A stretch of DNA of 64,000 nucleotides, from positions 307 to 64,306 of the forward strand of contig CAYRSN010000003.1 in assembly GCA_964427185.1 (NCBI GenBank), in the 5' to 3' direction. A program made the position numbers and the translations under genes. Shown here one piece after another: positions 44,137 to 52,333 of this stretch. Source of the DNA: an uncultured Piscirickettsiaceae bacterium. Its GTDB lineage: Bacteria > Pseudomonadota > Gammaproteobacteria > Thiomicrospirales > Thiomicrospiraceae. Below the pieces are notes generated by a model. It was not told the origin of the DNA. It worked only from the letters and a program-made list of their open reading frames with translations, and ran no database searches. The number at the start of each line of letters is the position of its first letter. Within the stretch, counting starts at the first letter, position 1.

Positions 44137-45894
44137 TTAATTTTTACTTTTTTCGCCATGGCCACGCCACTGACTCATTTCACGTACTATTTTACGCCAC
44201 AACACGCGTAATGTCTCTGATGTGCTCAGCAAATCTGCATATTTTTTTTCCAGTGCATACAGCCCCGCCTGATCTTTCTTAGCGGCCAGCACCTGCATCA
44301 GGTGCGCCAACACCTCTTCATCTTTCCGCTGTGCCAGCGCTTTGCGCAACCAGGCTTCCGCCTCATTCAGCTTACCTAAACGAAAATAAAGCCACCCAAT
44401 CGAGTCCTGAATATAAAACGCATCCGGTTTGAGCTGAATAGCCTTTTCTAACAAACGCTTCGCCTCATCCAGATCACGCTGTTGCTCCACCAGAAAATAT
44501 CCCAATGCATTGAGCGCATCTGGATTTTCCGGACTCAGGCTCAATACCTGACGCATAACGCGCTCATAAGCGGATGCGTCTCCCAAGGCATAGTACACAC
44601 CCGCCAGCTGCATTAGGCCATCCGGATCCGTTTGCAAACGCTGCTCCAGCTGCTGCGCAACCTGTTTGGCTTCAACCCGCTTACCAGCCTGCTGATAAAG
44701 ACTGGCGCGCAACAGCATCAGCCTTACCTGCGCCGATGCATGGTCCACTTTAAGCGCATCCAGAATCTTCAGTGCCTCATCCAATCCACGCTGGTGATAA
44801 ACAATCTGCACCAGTCGCATCAGAGCATCCAGCTGATACTTTGAGTGTCTCACCTGCAGATAGTGCACCATCGCCGTTTCCCAGTCACCACGCTGCTCTG
44901 CCATGCGCCCCAAGTAATAATGCGCTACCGGTGCTGTCACTGGGTTATCCAGCAGCTGCTCAAAGTGCTGTTTAGCCACCTCCTGCTTACCCTGTTCAAA
45001 CAACAACAGACTCAGCGCCAAACGCACCACATCTGCATCCGGCGCAATTTCCAACACATCCTTAAAGCGTTGCGCCGCACCCGACAAATCACCTGCCTCA
45101 ATCTGCAGACGTCCATACTCTGCCTGAAGACGCCAGTTTTCCGGGTGGGTGTCCACATAAGATGCCAAACGCGCCATCCCTGCCTTCACCTGCTTGGCCT
45201 GCAAATAGGCGCGCGCCAAATAAGGATAGATCAGAGCCTTTTCTCCCTGAGCGGCAAGCGCCCGGTCAAAAGCTCCAATAGCTTTTAACGGTTGTTGCTT
45301 TTCCAACCAAAATATCCCCAGACCAAAATCCGCTTCCCAGCACTGTTGACATGCTTGACGCAGTTGCTGGAAAAAAGCCAGCGCTTTCTGCTGCGTGACT
45401 GCATCCACCATCCGCTCAGCCGCCTGACGCACATCTTCTGCCAAAGCCACCGGCGTGACTCGCTGATACTGCTCAAAATATTGCACCGCCTGTGGCACTG
45501 TTTCCTGACGCAATGCAACCAGCCACAGTGCATTCAACGGCTCTGGACGTTCAGGCGCTAACGTGTGCCACAGCTGTGCTGCCTGATGAATATTTCCCAC
45601 ATCATATGTGCGCATGGCAAGCGCAAAGAGTCTTTCAGCCAGCGCCACATCACGCACCTGCTCAGCCAGAGGCAGTAACAGCTTATAAGCCCCTTCATAG
45701 GTGCCTCGCGCAGCCATCATTTCCGCAAGCATATATTGATACATTTGCTCTGGCGTTAATTGAGGTGTCTCAGCCTGCTGCCTGGTATGCGCTTCAAGCT
45801 GTAACCGTTGTTCCAATTGCGCACACCCACTCAACCCGCTGACCAAGATCAGTGCCAGCAGCACAACCTGCAGTTTCATTATTTGTATATCCAT
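44137..45894 (-). CDS. Tetratricopeptide-repeat lipoprotein
   Basis: The signal plus lipobox is MKLQVVLLALILVSGLSGC. The rest is an array of TPR-like 34-aa repeats (repeated A..Y..LG...A...A/L patterns). The start is ambiguous among 45966, 45894 and 45879. It sits where Pseudomonas has a TPR gene divergent from hemA. Confidence 0.8.
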   Translation of the reverse strand: MDIQIMKLQVVLLALILVSGLSGCAQLEQRLQLEAHTRQQAETPQLTPEQMYQYMLAEMMAARGTYEGAYKLLLPLAEQVRDVALAERLFALAMRTYDVGNIHQAAQLWHTLAPERPEPLNALWLVALRQETVPQAVQYFEQYQRVTPVALAEDVRQAAERMVDAVTQQKALAFFQQLRQACQQCWEADFGLGIFWLEKQQPLKAIGAFDRALAAQGEKALIYPYLARAYLQAKQVKAGMARLASYVDTHPENWRLQAEYGRLQIEAGDLSGAAQRFKDVLEIAPDADVVRLALSLLLFEQGKQEVAKQHFEQLLDNPVTAPVAHYYLGRMAEQRGDWETAMVHYLQVRHSKYQLDALMRLVQIVYHQRGLDEALKILDALKVDHASAQVRLMLLRASLYQQAGKRVEAKQVAQQLEQRLQTDPDGLMQLAGVYYALGDASAYERVMRQVLSLSPENPDALNALGYFLVEQQRDLDEAKRLLEKAIQLKPDAFYIQDSIGWLYFRLGKLNEAEAWLRKALAQRKDEEVLAHLMQVLAAKKDQAGLYALEKKYADLLSTSETLRVLWRKIVREMSQWRGHGEKSKN

Positions 45895-45982
45895 ACTCAC
45901 TTCAAATTCTGTCCGCATAATACCTGCTTTTGCTATTTGACGCACCCTTGCACGATCGTATCTCAAGCCTTTCAGACGAGGG

Positions 45983-45991
45983 TGTTATAAT
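45983..45991 (+). promoter_or_regulatory. Putative extended -10 promoter of the hemA operon
   Basis: TGtTATAAT, about 36 nt upstream of the hemA ATG. There is no good -35, which is consistent with an extended -10 type. Confidence 0.35.
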
Positions 45992-46026
45992 TCCCTCTTT
46001 TCTCACCAGGGTAAAGCGTTCACACA

Positions 46027-47301
46027 ATGAATCTACTGGTCACCGGGCTCAATCATACTTCCGCCCCCGTAGAAATCCGGGAAAAGGTGGCCTTTTCCGA
46101 CACTCAACTGCCAGATGCCCTGCAGGATTTACACCGCTTACCCAATGTGCGGGCTTGCATGATTCTCTCCACCTGCAACCGCACGGAGCTCTACAGCATA
46201 CTGGAAACACCCAATCCACATCAGATCACCGATTGGCTGCATCACTACTTTGCACTCCCGGAAAATACCCTGGATACACATCTGTATCATCACCAAGGGC
46301 AACAAGCCATTGAACACATCATGCAAGTTGCCGCAGGGCTGAACTCTCTGGTATTGGGGGAGCCCCAAATTCTCGGGCAGTTAAAAACAGCCTATCAACA
46401 GGCGCGCAAACATGGCACCTTATCTCAGACTTTAGATCTGCTCATGCAACAGGTGTTTGCTACAGCCAAAAGAGTCCGTTCCGAAACGGCTATCGGTCAA
46501 AATCCCGTTTCCGTAGCATTTGCAGCCGTCAGCCTGGCTAAACAGTTTTATGGTGCCCTGCATGATTACACCGCCGTGCTGCTCGGTGCTGGAGAAACCA
46601 TCGAGCTGGTTGCTCACCACCTCAAAGAAGCAGATATCGGGCACCTGATTATTGCCAACCGCACCTATGAAAAAGCGCATCAGTTGGCGCAACACTTTGG
46701 CGGCTATGCCATTGGGCTGGATGAACTTGAAACGCACTTGATCGATGCGGATCTATTGATCACCTCAACTGCCGCCCCCACCTTGCTCATTGACAAACCC
46801 ATGCTGAAAACCGCCCTGAAACAGCGCCGTTACCGTCCTATTTTTGCCGTAGATATCGCCGTACCCCGAGATATCGCACCCGAAGCGGGTACACTGGACG
46901 GCGTTTACCTTTACAGTGTCGACGACTTAAAAACCCTCATTGACAACAATAAAGAAAAACGGGGAGCTGCTGCACAACAGGCACGAGAGCTGATTGCGCT
47001 CCAAGCAGAAAAAGTCATGGCACGTTTTCGCACCATGGCACAGGCCGCTCCTTTAATCACTGCATTTCGTCAACGCGCAGAAACCTTGAAAGAACAAGTG
47101 CTCGCCCAAGCCTTGCATAAACTGGAAGCAGGCCAAGACCCTCAGGCAGTGCTGACTCAGCTGGCCAATCAACTGACACATAAACTTATTCACGCCCCCA
47201 CCGTCTATCTGCGCAAAGTAGGCGAGACGGGAGATGAACACCGCCTACAGGTTTCTGCGGAGCTGCTGGGTCTCAACCAAGCGGAGGACAAACGACCATG
47301 A
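46027..47301 (+). CDS. hemA: Glutamyl-tRNA reductase
   Basis: Contains [41 protein letters not shown], and the NADPH-site [13 protein letters not shown]. Confidence 0.96.
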   Translation: MNLLVTGLNHTSAPVEIREKVAFSDTQLPDALQDLHRLPNVRACMILSTCNRTELYSILETPNPHQITDWLHHYFALPENTLDTHLYHHQGQQAIEHIMQVAAGLNSLVLGEPQILGQLKTAYQQARKHGTLSQTLDLLMQQVFATAKRVRSETAIGQNPVSVAFAAVSLAKQFYGALHDYTAVLLGAGETIELVAHHLKEADIGHLIIANRTYEKAHQLAQHFGGYAIGLDELETHLIDADLLITSTAAPTLLIDKPMLKTALKQRRYRPIFAVDIAVPRDIAPEAGTLDGVYLYSVDDLKTLIDNNKEKRGAAAQQARELIALQAEKVMARFRTMAQAAPLITAFRQRAETLKEQVLAQALHKLEAGQDPQAVLTQLANQLTHKLIHAPTVYLRKVGETGDEHRLQVSAELLGLNQAEDKRP

Positions 47302-48389
47302 AGCCAACCCTACGCACCAAGCTGAATCAGTTGCAGGAACGTTTGGAAGAGCTTAACGCCCTGCTCTCCGATCCGGAAACCATCAGCGACCAGAAAAAGT
47401 TTATGGCACTCTCCAAAGAACATGCGCAGCTAACGCCTGTTGTAGAAAGCTGGTTAGCTTATCAACAGGCAGAAACAGACTTGGCAGAAACCGAAGCACT
47501 GCTGCAATCCGATGACCCCGACATGGTCGCCCTGGCCAAAGAGGAGCGTCCTGCGCTTAAAGCACAACTCGAAGCGCTGACTCAGCAACTTAATGTACAC
47601 CTGCTACCTAAAGACCCTCATGACAGCGCCAATGTCTTTCTGGAAGTCCGCGCCGGCACCGGTGGCGATGAAGCAGCAATTTTTGCCGGCGATCTGTTTC
47701 GCATGTACAGCCGCTATGCGGAAGCCAAAGGCTGGCAGGTGGAAATTCTCAACGAACAGCCCGGTGAGCATGGCGGTTTTAAAGAGATTATCGCGCGCAT
47801 CCAAGGAGAAGAAGTGTATGCACACCTGAAATTTGAATCAGGTGCCCACCGCGTGCAGCGCGTGCCAGAAACAGAAACTCAGGGGCGCATTCACACCTCT
47901 GCCGCCACCGTCGCTGTCATGCCCGAAGCTGAGGAAAACGATGAAATCGAAATCAGCAAAGCCGATGTCCGTGAAGACACCTTCCGTGCTTCCGGCGCAG
48001 GCGGCCAGCATGTCAACAAAACCGATTCCGCCATTCGTCTGACCCACCTGCCCACCGGAGTCGTCGTAGAATGTCAGGACGAACGCTCACAGCATAAAAA
48101 CCGCGCCCGTGCCTGGTCCCTATTACGTGCCCGCCTGGCAGAAATGGCGCGGCAAAAACGGGAAGCAGAGCAAGCCGCTACCCGAAAGTCTCTGGTAGGG
48201 AGCGGTGATCGCTCCGAACGGATCCGTACCTATAACTACCCGCAAGGACGGGTAACAGACCACCGTATCAACCTCACCCTTTATAAACTGGATAGCATTA
48301 TGGAAGGTGATCTGGATCCTGTTATCACCCCCTTACGCCAGGAACACCAAACACAACAGCTGGCCGAGTTGAATGAATCAAGTGGATGA
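47298..48389 (+). CDS. prfA: Peptide chain release factor 1
   Basis: Contains the GGQ motif [19 protein letters not shown] and the PxT recognition loop [17 protein letters not shown]. The start overlaps the hemA stop (ATGA). Confidence 0.96.
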   Translation: MKPTLRTKLNQLQERLEELNALLSDPETISDQKKFMALSKEHAQLTPVVESWLAYQQAETDLAETEALLQSDDPDMVALAKEERPALKAQLEALTQQLNVHLLPKDPHDSANVFLEVRAGTGGDEAAIFAGDLFRMYSRYAEAKGWQVEILNEQPGEHGGFKEIIARIQGEEVYAHLKFESGAHRVQRVPETETQGRIHTSAATVAVMPEAEENDEIEISKADVREDTFRASGAGGQHVNKTDSAIRLTHLPTGVVVECQDERSQHKNRARAWSLLRARLAEMARQKREAEQAATRKSLVGSGDRSERIRTYNYPQGRVTDHRINLTLYKLDSIMEGDLDPVITPLRQEHQTQQLAELNESSG

Positions 48390-49311
48390 AGCTCTGCGCT
48401 GGGCTTACACACAGCTGGCTCACAGTGACACACCTCAGCTGGATGCACAGCTTCTACTCTGCCATGTGCTGCAACGTCCTCGCAGCTGGCTGTTCGCCCA
48501 CCACGACGCACCTTTGTGCACCACACACTGGCAACAGTTTCAAACACTCATCCAGCAGCGTAGCGAAGGGCAACCTGTCGCCTACCTGCTCGGCGAGCAG
48601 GAGTTTTACGGTTTAAAGCTCAAACTTACCCAAGATGTACTTATTCCCCGCCCAGAGACCGAACTTTTAGTGGATTTAGCACTAAAAATCAGTAAAAATC
48701 CAGCATTTTCACAAAAAATCGCGTTCGAAAAAAAAGGGGGAGACCCCCTTCAGAGGACGGAGGACAGAGGACAGAAGACAGAAAGCACAAACAAGAGAAT
48801 AGACAACAATACTATTTCCATCGTCGACCTGGGCACTGGTAGCGGTGCCATTGCCCTGGCGCTTAAACACTATCAGCCTGAATGGAATGTATATGCCAGT
48901 GATCAAAGCCCGGAGGCTCTTCAAGTTGCCAAAGAAAATAGTCAGCGCCTTGGACTTGAAGTCCATTTCCGCCAGGGCAACTGGCTTGCACCTTTTTCAG
49001 GTGAGTCCTTTCACCTGATTATTAGCAACCCTCCCTACATTGCCCCTGATGATCCACATCTGCAGGGAGATATCCGCCATGAGCCCCATACGGCACTGGT
49101 ATCAGCACAGACAGGATTGAAAGACTTGTTTCATATTATTGACCAATCCCCTGAATACCTGCATGAAGGTGGCTGGCTGCTACTGGAACATGGGTATAAT
49201 CAGGCAGAGACTGTATGCCAGCGGCTCAAGGCACGTGGCTTTGAGCAGGTGCATACGGAGTTTGACTTTGCGGGTAATCCAAGAGTGAGTTTAGGCCAAT
49301 GGAACAACTAA
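48373..49311 (+). CDS. prmC: Release-factor glutamine N5-methyltransferase PrmC (HemK), with an approx 35-40-aa insert in the interdomain linker
   Basis: Contains [14 protein letters not shown], the SAM motif [13 protein letters not shown], and the catalytic NPPY. 312 aa against about 277 in E. coli. Confidence 0.93.
   Translation: MNQVDEALRWAYTQLAHSDTPQLDAQLLLCHVLQRPRSWLFAHHDAPLCTTHWQQFQTLIQQRSEGQPVAYLLGEQEFYGLKLKLTQDVLIPRPETELLVDLALKISKNPAFSQKIAFEKKGGDPLQRTEDRGQKTESTNKRIDNNTISIVDLGTGSGAIALALKHYQPEWNVYASDQSPEALQVAKENSQRLGLEVHFRQGNWLAPFSGESFHLIISNPPYIAPDDPHLQGDIRHEPHTALVSAQTGLKDLFHIIDQSPEYLHEGGWLLLEHGYNQAETVCQRLKARGFEQVHTEFDFAGNPRVSLGQWNN
48734..48806 (+). repeat. Perfect hairpin followed by a decaying heptanucleotide tandem array, inside prmC
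   Basis: AAGGGGG-AGA-CCCCCTT at 48734-48750 is followed by CAGAGGA CGGAGGA CAGAGGA CAGAAGA CAGAAAG CACAAAC AAGAGAA TAGACAA at 48751-48806. Confidence 0.7.
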
Positions 49312-50051
49312 CCCAAGAGCAGTTCAAACGCTATAGCCGTCAGATCATGCTGATGGAATTCGGGCTGGCACAGCAGACGCGCCTGCACAACAGCCATGCC
49401 GTGATCTTCGGTCTTGGTGGCCTGGGCTCTCCCGCCAGCATTTACCTGACAGCGGCCGGAGTGGGCACTTTGACGCTGGTAGATTTCGACACCGTCGATG
49501 AAAGTAATCTGCAGCGGCAGATCGTGCACCGGGAAGACAGTGTGGGACAAAGCAAGGTGACTTCTGCCAAAGCCACCTTACAGGCACTCAACCGCTGGAC
49601 ACAAATCAACACTTTTGAAAAAAAGCCGGATGAACACGCCCTGCTTACACTGATTCAACATGCGGATGTAGTGCTGGACTGTACTGACAACTTTGATGCC
49701 CGCTTTGCAATTAACGCCACCTGTGCCCAGGCTCATGTTCCCCTGGTCTCCGCTGCTGCCATCCGCTGGGAGGGGCAACTCAGCGTCTTTGACTTTCGCG
49801 ACCCTGAGTGCGCGTGTTACCAATGTCTGTATAAGGATGCCAACATGGAAGGCATGAGCTGTGCAGAAAGCGGCATCATGTCCCCTGTGGTGGGCATGAT
49901 AGGTAGCATGCAGGCATTAGAGGCGGTTAAGCTCCTCACAGGCCTGCCCACATTGAAAAATAAACTTCTGCTGGCAGATGGGCTCAGTATGCAGTTTCGC
50001 ACCCTGAATCTACCTAAAGACCCCGCCTGCCCAATCTGTCAGACACTTTAG
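49299..50051 (+). CDS. moeB: Molybdopterin-synthase adenylyltransferase (MoeB/ThiF family)
   Basis: Contains YSRQIML..FG, VIFGLGGLGSPASIYLTAAGVGTLTLVDFDTVDESNLQRQ, and the zinc pairs CYQC and CPIC. It follows prmC, as moeB does in Pseudomonas. I cannot fully exclude ThiF. Confidence 0.65.
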   Translation: MEQLTQEQFKRYSRQIMLMEFGLAQQTRLHNSHAVIFGLGGLGSPASIYLTAAGVGTLTLVDFDTVDESNLQRQIVHREDSVGQSKVTSAKATLQALNRWTQINTFEKKPDEHALLTLIQHADVVLDCTDNFDARFAINATCAQAHVPLVSAAAIRWEGQLSVFDFRDPECACYQCLYKDANMEGMSCAESGIMSPVVGMIGSMQALEAVKLLTGLPTLKNKLLLADGLSMQFRTLNLPKDPACPICQTL

Positions 50052-50052
50052 C

Positions 50053-51201
50053 TCACAGCCGGGTGCGGTACTGCTGGTAACTGCTTGCCACTTTTTTCAA
50101 GTAACGACGGGTTTCGTCATAGGGCAAATGTTGCAGCAAATGCTGATACACCTGCTCAGGGGTCATGTTATTGATTTTTTGTGCCGCACGGCGAATATTC
50201 GTACTACCTGTAAAACTTCTCGCCACATTGCCCGCACCAGTGTTATAAGCTGCAATAACACAGTAACGGCGGCTTTTCGGATCTTGGATGTGCTTTAAGT
50301 AACGATAGTTCAGAATATGTAAATAAGCGACACCTGTCTGAATATTTTTCTCTGGCGTATAAAGGTAACTGGGACTCAACACCTTAGGTTGCCCAAACAG
50401 ATACTGCGTCGCATCCTTCCCCGCAGAAGTGGGCACAATCTGCATCAGGCCATAAGCGGGCACATGGGAAGTCGCCAAAGGATTAAAACTGCTTTCATGC
50501 TTAATAATAGCCAACACCAGTGCCGGCTCGACCTTGTGCTGTTGCGCCTGCTGCAAGACAGACGGCAACACAGCTTTTACCCGATCCTGTACATCATTCT
50601 CTTGCAGGCGATAACGCAGCTGCACCAGTTGCTGATCTGGCTTTATCTCAAAACGGGCAGTCGCCAGATTGGCATTTTGCGCCAATATGGGCACACGCTT
50701 TTTGGGGATCTGCGCCTGTTTCCGCCAGGCTGGCGGCACTTTGGCCTGAATTGCCTTTTCCAGCGATACACTGGGCTGATCCTGCTTAAATGCTGCGGCA
50801 TAGTCCATCTTCTTTAATGCCTCAAGCCTCAAAGCAAGTTTACGCTTCAAAGCCTCAAGCTGCATAGGGGACGGATTTTCGGGCAATTTCTGCGCCACTA
50901 TCACTTCTTGCTTGTCGAAATCCACCACCGTGCGCTGTTTAAACTGATCCGAATAGCTCACCCAGCGCTTGGGCGAGCTGACCAATGCCTCCGGCCATTG
51001 TTTGAGAATCCCCTTTTTATACTGCTCAAATGCCTGTGCATAGGCCTGTTTGTAAAGTTTGAAAGCCTCCTGCTGACTTTTCACATACTGGTCATAGGCC
51101 TGCAACTGCTGTTGGCGGTATTGCTCAAAGGCCTGAGCATCCGTCTGTGCCCAGACATTCAGCGACAAAAGGCATGCGCTTAAAAACAGGGCGTTTTTCA
51201 C
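50053..51201 (-). CDS. mltC: Membrane-bound lytic murein transglycosylase, MltC-like lipoprotein
   Basis: The C-terminal half is colinear with E. coli MltC (LAIIKHESSFNP, YGLMQIVPTSAGKD, AAYNTGAGNV, RRYLKKV). An upstream DUF3393-like segment reads WVSYSDQFKQRTVVDFD. The lipobox is FLSAC. I prefer the GTG at 51201, 4 nt after the upstream stop. The listed ATG at 51255 would overlap the upstream gene by 50 nt. Confidence 0.8.
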   Translation of the reverse strand: MKNALFLSACLLSLNVWAQTDAQAFEQYRQQQLQAYDQYVKSQQEAFKLYKQAYAQAFEQYKKGILKQWPEALVSSPKRWVSYSDQFKQRTVVDFDKQEVIVAQKLPENPSPMQLEALKRKLALRLEALKKMDYAAAFKQDQPSVSLEKAIQAKVPPAWRKQAQIPKKRVPILAQNANLATARFEIKPDQQLVQLRYRLQENDVQDRVKAVLPSVLQQAQQHKVEPALVLAIIKHESSFNPLATSHVPAYGLMQIVPTSAGKDATQYLFGQPKVLSPSYLYTPEKNIQTGVAYLHILNYRYLKHIQDPKSRRYCVIAAYNTGAGNVARSFTGSTNIRRAAQKINNMTPEQVYQHLLQHLPYDETRRYLKKVASSYQQYRTRL

Positions 51202-51205
51202 TGTC

Positions 51206-52333
51206 TTAACCCTCAAAGTCCGTTTTGGAAACAAGCACACGCAAGGCTTTTTCAAGCCGGCGACCTACTGCCTGCTGCAGCATTTGCGTATCATTAGCAT
51301 AACTTGTCACCTGCAGCTGGGTTCTAAGACGCTTCAGGCGCCGCTGCCCCTTGTAAAACGCCAGAGACAACTGCACCTGATGACGAACGAACTCATCCAC
51401 CCGCACCACCTGATCCTGCATATCTACTTTTAAAGTGACCGCAGCCTTCAGTGCCAATACAAACCCCAAAGTAGCCAACCAATCCTGCCATTGCGCCTCA
51501 GAGATAAACGCAAGCTTTGGAGAAACCTCAAGCGCTATCGGCATCGCTACCCGCTCTGGGATCCAATCCACCGTCTGCTCGATACGCTGCCCTGCATGCA
51601 CCTGCAAAATGCCCTCTACCGGCTGATAACCCTCGCTTTCTATCCGATAGTCATGACGACCGGGCGGCAGAAAAATTGGCGCTTGAGTGGAGATCCTGCG
51701 CCCATCAATATGGAGTGTGACCGGCTTGCCCTGCAGGTTCAGCACCCAAAGGGCATGGGTCTGGCGCAGCTCCAACCAACGCAGCTTTTGCTCAACTTCA
51801 GTCAGGTCTTTCTGATATTTTGCCTGCAGAGACTTGGGGAGCGCCAGCAAAATCGCCTGCAGCATGCGCGCCTTTTCTTGTAATCGAGGCACTGCCGCCA
51901 AAGAAAGGCTTTCAGGTTTGAAGGCTGTCGCAGCTTGTAAATAACGCACCGTCTGCGCCACAGCCTCCTCATCCATCATCGCCACCACCCGGACATGCCC
52001 AGGTGTTTGCTCAAGCACACGATATCGCACCCCTTTTAACAGCACATGAGAATGCACCTGCCGTGCAGTTTTGGCAAAACGGCTTAACTGGCCATCACGA
52101 TCCTCTACCGTCTGGGAGACTTCTGTTTTGACTTCCGCCAAAATCTGTTGGCTTAACATGGACAGCGCCTGCGCTTTGGCTGAAGACAGGTCTTCTCCTA
52201 TGCCCTCCGCTTCAAAAACCACAAAGCTCGCCCTTCCCACCCTGGATAAAGGCAGCAGGGATATGCCTAAGGCACACTTCAAGCAGTGACGGCGGCTAAG
52301 ACTAATCAAGCTGCATTTCTCCTGTACTGTCAT
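51206..52333 (-). CDS. Uncharacterised exported protein with a Tat-like signal, an LPP20-like N-domain and a PEGA-like domain
   Basis: SRRHCLK, then the hydrophobic CALGISLLPL, then SRVGRA resembles a twin-arginine signal. FVVFEAEGIGEDLSSAKAQALSMLSQQILAEV is LPP20-like. VTLHIDGRRISTQAPIFLPPGRHDYRIESEGYQPVEGILQV matches the PEGA-domain pattern. The start overlaps the upstream gene by 32 nt. Confidence 0.6.
   Translation of the reverse strand: MTVQEKCSLISLSRRHCLKCALGISLLPLSRVGRASFVVFEAEGIGEDLSSAKAQALSMLSQQILAEVKTEVSQTVEDRDGQLSRFAKTARQVHSHVLLKGVRYRVLEQTPGHVRVVAMMDEEAVAQTVRYLQAATAFKPESLSLAAVPRLQEKARMLQAILLALPKSLQAKYQKDLTEVEQKLRWLELRQTHALWVLNLQGKPVTLHIDGRRISTQAPIFLPPGRHDYRIESEGYQPVEGILQVHAGQRIEQTVDWIPERVAMPIALEVSPKLAFISEAQWQDWLATLGFVLALKAAVTLKVDMQDQVVRVDEFVRHQVQLSLAFYKGQRRLKRLRTQLQVTSYANDTQMLQQAVGRRLEKALRVLVSKTDFEG

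Noticed and set aside
47850-47870. The RF1 recognition tripeptide reads PET rather than the E. coli PAT.
   Set aside because: The middle position of the PxT motif is variable among bacterial RF1 proteins as far as I recall. The GGQ motif and the rest of the loop are canonical, so I do not treat it as unusual without an alignment.
48751-48806. The heptamer tandem array considered as a CRISPR-like or phase-variation repeat.
   Set aside because: The units are 7 nt, degenerate, without spacers, and lie inside a coding region, so this is not CRISPR. Only three or four units are near-identical, so slippage-based phase variation is possible but unsupported. I kept it only as part of the prmC insert finding.
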